Origin: an uncultured Gemmatimonadaceae bacterium
GTDB taxonomy: Bacteria; Gemmatimonadota; Gemmatimonadetes; Gemmatimonadales; Gemmatimonadaceae
DNA length: 64,000 bases
Assembly (NCBI GenBank): GCA_963751275.1
Contig: CAVVTZ010000011.1
Coordinates: forward strand, 160,001 to 224,000
Direction: 5' to 3'
Notes under the pieces: generated by a model
What the model saw: only the letters and a program-made list of their open reading frames with translations
The model's database searches: none
Told to the model about the DNA's origin: nothing
Translations under genes and position numbers: made by a program
Shown here: in pieces, positions 57,026 to 64,000 of the stretch
Layout of the letters: each line of letters starts with the position of its first letter
How positions within the stretch are numbered: position 1 is the first letter of the stretch

Positions 57026-58418
57026 GCCCCAAGACCAAAACGGTCTATCGCTGCACCGAGTGCGGCGCCGATCATCCGAAGTGGGCGGGGCGCTGCGACG
57101 CGTGCGGCGAATGGAATACGCTCGTCGAGGAAATGCTCACGGCCCCCGCGGCCACGAGCGCCGCGCGGCGCCGCGCCGGATCATCGCAGTCTCGGTGAAG
57201 GCGGGTCCGTCGCGAAGACGCAGCGCGTGGGCGCGGTGCAGGGTTCCGAATCGCGGCGGTGGAAGACCGGCATCAACGAATTCGATTTCGTGCTCGGCGG
57301 CGGGATCGTGCCGGGTTCGATGGTGCTCGTAGGCGGCGAGCCCGGCATCGGCAAGTCCACGCTGCTGCTCCAGGTGGCCGCGCGCCTGCAGCAGGCGGGC
57401 CACACCACGCTCTACGTGAGCGGCGAGGAATCGCCGCTGCAGGTGAAGCTGCGCGCCGACCGGCTCGCCGAGAAGGCGGACGATGTCGAGCTGCTGAGCG
57501 AGACGCAGCTGGAGACGATCCTCGCGACCGGCGCCGCGATGGAGCCGCGCGTGCTCTTCGTCGATTCCATCCAGACTGTGTTCACCGGCGATCTCGAGGG
57601 CGCGCCGGGGAACGTCGGGCAGGTGCGCGAGTGCGCGGCGCGGCTCATGCGCTTCGCGAAGGACTCGCGGCACGGCGGTGTTCGTGGTGGGCCACGTCAC
57701 GAAGGGCGGCGGCATCGCGGGCCCGAAGACGCTCGAGCACATCGTGGACACCGTGCTCTACTTCGAGGGCGAGGGCACGCTCGACCAGCGCGTGCTGCGC
57801 GCCACCAAGAATCGGTTCGGCGGCGTGGACGAGATCGGCGTCTTCCGCGATGACCGCGGGCGGGCTCATCGCGGTGGAGAATCCCTCGGCGCTCTTCCTC
57901 TCGGACCGCGCATCGACCGCGAGCGGCAGCGCGGTCACCGCGCTCATGGAGGGCACGCGCCCGCTTGCTCGTGGAAGTGCAGGCGCTCGCCGCGAAGGCG
58001 GGGTTCGGCACGCCGCAGCGCGTGGCCACCGGATTCGACTCGCGCAAGCTCGCGCTGCTGCTCGCGGTGCTCGACAAGCGCGCCGGACTCTCCTTCGCGC
58101 AGCTCGACGTGTTCGTGAACGTCGTGGGCGGACGTGCGCGTGCAGGAGCCGGCGGGCGATCTGGCCGTCGCGGCCGCGCTCGCCTCGAGCGTGTACGACC
58201 GCGCGCTGCCGCACGACGCGGTGTTCCTCGGCGAGGTCGGACTCGGCGGCGAGGTGCGCCCGGTGTCGCAGGCCGAGCGGCGCATCGCGGAGGCCGCGAA
58301 GATGGGCATGCGCACCGTGTACGTCGGCGCGCGCGCTGTGCCCAAGCGCGCGGCGGCCGGCGTGAAGCTCGTCGGCGTCAAGACCGTGGCGGACCTCTTC
58401 GCTGCGCTCTTCCCGTGA
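57022..58418 (+). CDS. radA: DNA repair protein RadA/Sms (several frameshifts)
   Basis: Zn finger [46 protein letters not shown]. Confidence 0.93.
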
Positions 58419-59118
58419 GCGCCACGCCGGTGCGGGACGTTGGCGTGGTGATCGTGGCCGCGGGCAAGGGCACGCGCACCGGCAGCGCGGAAGCTCAAGC
58501 AGTTCCGCTGGGTGGCGGGGAAGCCGATGCTCCTCCATTCGCTGCAGACGTTCATGGCGCGAAGCGATGTGGCGATGGTCGTGTGCGTGCTGCCGCGCGA
58601 CTACTGCGCCGATCCGCCGCCGTGGATCTTCCAGTGCGACATCGACCGGCTGCTGCTCGCCGCCGGCGGACGCGAGCGCGGCGACTCGGTGCTCGACGGG
58701 CCTCGAGGACATGCCGCCCGAGGTGAAGATCGTGCTGGTGCACGACGCCGCGCGCCCCTTCGTGGACGCACGCGATGATCGTCGCGCGTGATCGACGCGG
58801 CGCGCGCGGGCGAGGGCGCCGTGCCCGCGCTGCCGGTCCCCGACACCGTCAAGCGAGTGGATGAGTCCGGGCTCGATCGCCGAGACGATCGAGCGCGATC
58901 GAGCTCTGGCGCGCGCAGACCCCGCAGGCCTTCCCGCGCGACATGATCGAGCGCGCGTACCGTGAAGCGCGGAGCGTGAACGCGCACGCCACCGACGACG
59001 CCGCGCTCTGCGAGCGGCTCGGGCTGCCGGTGCGGGTCGTGCGCTGGCAGCGCGCGCGCGTTCAAGATCACCGACGAACGCCGACTTCGCGCGGGCCGAC
59101 GCGCTGCCGCTCGCATGA
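58415..59118 (+). CDS. ispD: 2-C-methyl-D-erythritol 4-phosphate cytidylyltransferase (several frameshifts)
   Basis: IVAAGKGTR, LVHDAARPF, DTVK, AQTPQAF, TDDAAL, FKIT. Confidence 0.88.
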
Positions 59119-59790
59119 CCAGCGCCGCACCGCCGTCCCGTTCTGGTCGCCGGCCGAGATCGAGGCGAGCGATCCCCGGCACGCGTCGCGCATCTCGCGG
59201 CGCGCCGCGTGCTCGCCTACCCGACCGAAACGGTGTACGGCTTCGGCGGCGCGATCGATGAACCCGTCGGTCGAGCGCCTCGTCGCGCTGAAGCAGCGCG
59301 AGCCCGGCAAACCGTTCCTGATCCTCGTGGCGTCGCAGCGAGATGGTCGCGCGCCTCGGATCTCCAGCTGGCCGGCGACGCCGCGCAGCTCGCTGCCCGC
59401 CTCTGGCCCGGCCCGCTCACGCTCGTGCTCCCCGGCGGCGAACGGCGCGTGCCCGCGCGCCTGCGCGGCCCCGAGGGCGGCATCGCCGTGCGCTGGACGT
59501 CGCATCCCGGCATCGCGCGGCTGCTCGTGGCGCTATGGCGAGCCGATCACCTCCACGAGCGCGAACCGCCCCGGCAGCCCGCCCGCGATGAGCGCCGGCG
59601 AGGTGTGCGACCGTGGGCCGCCGCGGTGATCGGCGGAGCGCTCCGCGTGCTCGACGGCGGCCGCCTTCAGCCGTCGGCGCCGTCGACGGTCGTAGATTGC
59701 ACGGGTAAGCGCCTGCGCGTGGTCCGGCCGGGCGCGATCCCGTCCGCCACGTTGCGCGCGAGCGTGCCCGACCTGATCGGAGACCAGTGA
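59115..59790 (+). CDS. tsaC: L-threonylcarbamoyladenylate synthase TsaC/YrdC (frameshifts)
   Basis: YPTETVYG, LKQR, WPGPLTLVL, STSAN, PSTVVD. Confidence 0.88.
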
Positions 59791-60268
59791 GCCGCATGCG
59801 CGTGCTCTTCGTCTGCACCGGCAACACCTGCCGCAGCGCGATGGCCGAGGCGATCGCGCGCCGGCTCGCGCCGGAGCAGGGGCTCAACGACCTGGACATC
59901 GGCTCCGCCGGCACCGCGGCCTGGGACGGCGCGCCCGCGTCCGATGGCGCGCTGCTCGTCAGCCTCGAGAACGACATCGATCTGTCGGGGCACCACGCGC
60001 GCCAGCTCACGCGCGATCTGGTCGACCGATCGGATCTGATCCTGGCGATGGGCCCGCATCACCTCGAGCGCATCGAGGCGCTCGGCGCGCGCGGGAAGAC
60101 GCATCTGCTCACGTCGTTCAGCTCGCGCGGCACCGACCGACCGCCCCATCGGCGACCCCTTCGGCGGCGAGCTCAGCCTGTATCGCGAGACCTTCGACGA
60201 GCTCGTGCGCGAGATCCGGCGCGCGTTCGCGCGCCTCGCCGGCCGAGCGCACGCCGGGACTCTCCTGA
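59787..60268 (+). CDS. low-molecular-weight protein phosphatase (YwlE-like); frameshift near 60140
   Basis: VLFVCTGNTCRSAMAE, SAGT, DLILAM, DPFGG. Confidence 0.88.
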
Positions 60269-61093
60269 TGCGCCGACCGAGCCGGCTGGTCCTGCTCGGC
60301 CACCCCGTGGATCATTCGTTGTCGCCGGCGTTCCAGAACGCGGCGCTCCGGCGCGCGGGGATCCCGCTCACGTACGGGACGCTCGACGTGCTCGCGCCCG
60401 ATCTCGCCGGCACCGTGCGGCTCCTCGCGGAGGACCGCGCCGCGGGGAACGTGACGATCCCGCACAAGGAAGCGATGGCCGCGCTGTGCGACGTGCTCAC
60501 GCCGCTCGCGGAGCGTGTGGGGGCGGTGAACACATTCTGGGTGGATGACGCCGGACAATTGCACGGGCACAACACCGACGTCGGCGGTGTGACCGCGTTG
60601 CTCGACCAGCTGCTCGGCGCGCCGCCGTCGGGGCGCATCGCGTTGCTCGGCGCCGGCGGCGCGGCGGCGGCGGTGCTCGCGGCGCTCGATGACCGGCCGG
60701 CCTGCGCGGTGACGCTGTACAACCGGAGCCCCGTTCGGTCCGCGAAGCTCGCCGAGCGCTTCCCGGTGGTGACGCGCACCACGGAGTCGCCGGAGGATGC
60801 GGTGCACGACGCGACGCTCGTGATCAACGCGTCGCCGGCGGGACTGGAGGATGACGAGCATGCCGGTGGCGATCGAGGCGCTGCCCTTCGACACCGCCAT
60901 CGCCGACCTCGTGTATCGGCGGGGCGAGACGCCGTGGGTGCGCGCCGCGCGCGCATGCGGGCACCGCGCGGTCGATGGGCTGCCGATGCTCATCGAGCAG
61001 GGTGCGCTCGCGTTCGAGTCGTGGTTCGGTACCCCCGCGCCGCGCGACGCGATGTGGGATGCCGTGACCATGGAGGCCACCAATGCGCACTGA
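60268..61093 (+). CDS. aroE: shikimate dehydrogenase (frameshift near 60850)
   Basis: GHPVDHSLSP, NVTIPHKE, GAVNT, NTD, GAGGAA, DLVY, DGLPMLIEQG. Confidence 0.9.
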
Positions 61094-61832
61094 GTGGGCG
61101 CCCGCGGCGGCGCGCGGCTGGCTGGACTTCCTGCTGCCGCGCGCCTGCGTCGTGTGCGCGCGCCTCGTGGATCCCGCCGACAAGCGACTCGCGTGCGCGC
61201 ACTGCTGGACGAAGGTGCGGCGGCTGTCCGCGCCACGGTGCGAGCGCTGCGGACATCCCGGCACACGCAATGCGTGCGCCTGGTGCGCGTCGCTGCCGCC
61301 GTTCGTGCGCGCCGCGCGCTCGGTGTGCTGGATCCCCGGCGGCACCGGCGGCGCGATCGTCCACGCCTTGAAGTACGGCGGGTGGCGTGCGACCGCGACG
61401 GAGATGGCCGCGGCGATGGCACGGCTCTCGTGGCCGGCCGACGTCGGCGCCGAGCGGAGCGCGCTGGTGCCCGTGCCGCTCGCCGCCGACCGCGAGCGGG
61501 AGCGCGGCTACAACCAGAGCGCGCTGCTCGCGCGCGCGCTCGCGCCGCACTGGAACGTGCCGGTGTGGGAGGATCTCCTACAGCGGACGCGCGCGACCGG
61601 CACGCAAACCCGATTGACACCGGAGGAGCGCCGCCGCAACGTTTCCGGCGCGTTCGCCGCGCGCGCGAACGCCGCTCCGCGTCTTCGCGGCGCGCACGTC
61701 GTGCTCGTGGACGACATCATCACGACCGGTGCGACCCTCGCCGCGTGCGCCGACGCGCTCTTCGCGGGCGGCGCGCGCATCATTAGTCTTGTCACCTTCG
61801 GACGCGCGCCGGCCATCGGCGACCGCGTCTGA
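61083..61832 (+). CDS. comF: ComF family protein
   Basis: Double Zn ribbon, LKY, PVPL, RGYNQS, VLVDDIITTGAT. Confidence 0.9.
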   Translation: MRTEWAPAAARGWLDFLLPRACVVCARLVDPADKRLACAHCWTKVRRLSAPRCERCGHPGTRNACAWCASLPPFVRAARSVCWIPGGTGGAIVHALKYGGWRATATEMAAAMARLSWPADVGAERSALVPVPLAADRERERGYNQSALLARALAPHWNVPVWEDLLQRTRATGTQTRLTPEERRRNVSGAFAARANAAPRLRGAHVVLVDDIITTGATLAACADALFAGGARIISLVTFGRAPAIGDRV

Positions 61833-61853
61833 CCCTCAGGAGCGATCAACGCG

Positions 61854-62867
61854 ATGACGATCAAGGTCGGGATCAACGGATTCGGCCGCATCGGCCGGCA
61901 GGTGGTGCGCGCGGCCAAGGAGCAGGGCGTCGCCGATCTCGATTTCGTCGCAGTCAACGATCTCACCGACACGAAGACGCTCGCCCATCTCTTCAAGTAC
62001 GATTCGGTGCACGGCATCTTCGACGGCGACGTGACCGGCGGCGCCGGGAGCCTCACCATCGACGGCGACGAGATGGAGGTCCTCTCGCACAAGGATCCCG
62101 CGCTCCTGCCGTGGAAGAAGCTGGGCGTGGACCTCGTCCTGGAATCCACCGGCCGGTTCACGAACGCCGACGACGCGCGCAAGCACATCGCCGCCGGCGC
62201 CAAGCACGTGATCATCTCCGCGCCGGCCAAGGGCGAGGACATCACCGTCGTCATGGGCGTCAACCACGACAAGTACGACGCGGCCAAGCACACGATCATC
62301 TCGAACGCGACCTGCACCACGAACTGCCTCGTGCCGATGGTGAAGGTCGTTCGGGACAGCTTCGGCTTCAAGCACGCGTCGATGACCACGATCCATAGTT
62401 ACACGAACGACCAGTCGATCCTCGACCTGCCGCACAAGGACCTGCGGCGCGCCCGCGCGGCCGCCATCTCGATGATCCCCACCACCACCGGTGCCGCGAA
62501 GGCCACGGCGCTCGTCATACCGGAGGTGAAGGGGAAGATCGATGGCATCGCCGTTCGCGTGCCGACCCCCGATGTCTCCTTCACCGATCTCGTCGTGGAA
62601 GTCGAGCGCGCGACCACCGTGGATGCGGTGAACGCCGCGTTCAAGAAGGCCGCCCAGGAAGGGCCGCTCATCGGCATCCTCGACTATACGGAAGAGGAAC
62701 TCGTGTCCGTGGACTTCATCGGCAATCCGTTCTCCTGCATCGTCGACGCCAAGAGCACGGCCGTGATCGACGGCACGCTCGTGAAGGTGTCGGGCTGGTA
62801 CGACAACGAGTGGGGCTACTCCTGCCGCTGCGTGGACCTCCTCCGGTACATCGGCGCGCGGCAGTGA
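61854..62867 (+). CDS. gap: type I glyceraldehyde-3-phosphate dehydrogenase
   Basis: [27 protein letters not shown]. Confidence 0.98.
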   Translation: MTIKVGINGFGRIGRQVVRAAKEQGVADLDFVAVNDLTDTKTLAHLFKYDSVHGIFDGDVTGGAGSLTIDGDEMEVLSHKDPALLPWKKLGVDLVLESTGRFTNADDARKHIAAGAKHVIISAPAKGEDITVVMGVNHDKYDAAKHTIISNATCTTNCLVPMVKVVRDSFGFKHASMTTIHSYTNDQSILDLPHKDLRRARAAAISMIPTTTGAAKATALVIPEVKGKIDGIAVRVPTPDVSFTDLVVEVERATTVDAVNAAFKKAAQEGPLIGILDYTEEELVSVDFIGNPFSCIVDAKSTAVIDGTLVKVSGWYDNEWGYSCRCVDLLRYIGARQ

Positions 62868-63136
62868 GCCGGGCGCCGAACGCGGTCGACCGGCGGCGCG
62901 ACCGGATCGCACTCGGCTTCCTCGCCGGCGGCGCGTTCCTGTACGGCGCGGCGTTCCTCGGCATGCACACGCTGGCCGTGGTGCCGATCGTGCCCGTGCC
63001 CGGCCATCCAGCCGTCGCGCGCTTCACCCGGCTCTGGCTGATGTCCCTGGCCGGCCTCGCGCTCATCGGAGTCGGCGGCATCGCCATGGCGTGGTCCTTC
63101 GGGCGCTTCCACGCGCGGCGGCACGAGGCGCCCTGA
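62864..63136 (+). CDS. small two-TM hypothetical membrane protein
   Basis: GTGA overlap with gap and TGATG overlap with pgk; two hydrophobic segments. Confidence 0.7.
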   Translation: MSRAPNAVDRRRDRIALGFLAGGAFLYGAAFLGMHTLAVVPIVPVPGHPAVARFTRLWLMSLAGLALIGVGGIAMAWSFGRFHARRHEAP

Positions 63137-64000
63137 TGGCGAAGCGCACCATCACGGATCTTCCGCACGCCACACTGCGCGGCCAACGCGCGCTGGTGCG
63201 CGTCGACTTCAACGTCCCAATGGAAGGGGAGCAGGTTTCCGACGACACGCGGATCCGCGCCGCGCTCCCCACGATCGAATCGCTCGCGAACGCCGGCGCG
63301 CGCGTGGTGCTGCTCTCGCATCTCGGCCGCCCCAAGGGGAAGCCGGAGGCGAAGTACTCGCTCGCGCCCGTCGCGAAGCAGCTCGCGACGCTCACCACGC
63401 GCACGGTGCGTTTCGTCCCCTCCACCGTGGACGATGCAGCGGTCGCTGCGTCGAAGGCGCTCGCGAACGGGGAGATCCTGCTGCTCGAGAATACGCGATT
63501 CCTTGCCGGTGAGGAGAAGAACGAGGAGGCGCTCTCGCGGCAGCTCGCGATGCTCGGTGACGTGTACGTGAACGACGCCTTCGGCTCGGCGCACCGCGCC
63601 CACGCGTCCACCGAGGGCGTCGCGCATTTCGTGAAACCGGCCGTGGCCGGATTGCTCATGGAGCGCGAGCTCGCCTACCTCGGCGATGCGCTCGCGACCC
63701 CCAAGCGCCCATTCATCGCGGTGCTCGGCGGCGCGAAGATCTCCGGCAAGATCGATGTGATCGCCGCGCTGCTGCCCAAGGTGGATCGCCTCATCATCGG
63801 CGGCGCGATGGCGTGCACCTTCTTCAAGGCGATGGGACTCGAGACGGGGAAATCGCTCGTCGAGGCCGACCGCGTGCCGATGGCCAAGGAGCTGCTCGCG
63901 AAGTCCGGAGCGAAGCTGCTGCTCCCCGACGACGCGCTCGTCGCGCCCGCGCTCGGTCAGCCCGCGAAGGCGCACGCGGTGGCGCGCGACGCGATCCCGG
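63136..64000 (+). CDS. pgk: phosphoglycerate kinase (partial, runs off window end)
   Basis: VRVDFNVP, DDTRI, SHLGRP, LLENTRF, NDAFGSAHRAHAS, LGGAKISGKI. Confidence 0.97.
   Translation, partial: MAKRTITDLPHATLRGQRALVRVDFNVPMEGEQVSDDTRIRAALPTIESLANAGARVVLLSHLGRPKGKPEAKYSLAPVAKQLATLTTRTVRFVPSTVDDAAVAASKALANGEILLLENTRFLAGEEKNEEALSRQLAMLGDVYVNDAFGSAHRAHASTEGVAHFVKPAVAGLLMERELAYLGDALATPKRPFIAVLGGAKISGKIDVIAALLPKVDRLIIGGAMACTFFKAMGLETGKSLVEADRVPMAKELLAKSGAKLLLPDDALVAPALGQPAKAHAVARDAIP

Noticed and set aside
59787..61093. Phosphatase-shikimate dehydrogenase fusion
   Set aside because: A TGATG junction exists at 60266-60270 in an indel-rich patch; two coupled genes are more likely
55615..61093. Pseudogenes or programmed frameshifts in dnaB, radA, ispD, tsaC, aroE
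   Set aside because: Conserved and partly essential genes with intact motifs, no slippery sites noticed and clustered indels; sequencing error is the simpler explanation

Overview
High-GC bacterial chromosomal window. Gene content and order suggest Gemmatimonadota (inference). The core-type blocks are: rlmN (partial); ptsN-vanZ-aspS-phoH-7TM/HD-ybeY-2xCNNM; RNase E/G; rplU-rpmA; tRNA-Leu(CAA); pepA; yicC-gmk-rpoZ-coaBC-udg-dnaB-radA-ispD-tsaC-LMW phosphatase-aroE-comF-gap-pgk (partial). Two acyl-CoA clusters stand out. (i) 9.2-17.3 kb: MeaB and a two-subunit B12 mutase with isobutyryl-CoA-mutase-type specificity residues, linked to a carboxyltransferase, an AtuA pair and a crotonase. (ii) 33.5-42.2 kb (minus strand): an apparently minimal benzoyl-CoA-epoxide (Box-like) pathway with a short BoxB-like diiron protein, a stand-alone BoxC-N-domain-like crotonase, an ALDH, a thiolase, an HADH and two further crotonases. 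It has no reductase or CoA ligase in the window and sits behind a TetR regulator whose promoter carries a PaaR-type operator. Intergenic DNA holds several large palindromes, including four copies of a 9-bp-periodic family. Two of these copies bracket one accessory gene in inverted orientation and show compensatory base changes. Many genes, including essential ones, carry indels clustered in patches; these are most likely long-read consensus errors. No CRISPR array, transposase, integrase or rRNA was seen. All family calls come from motif recognition by eye, without database searches.
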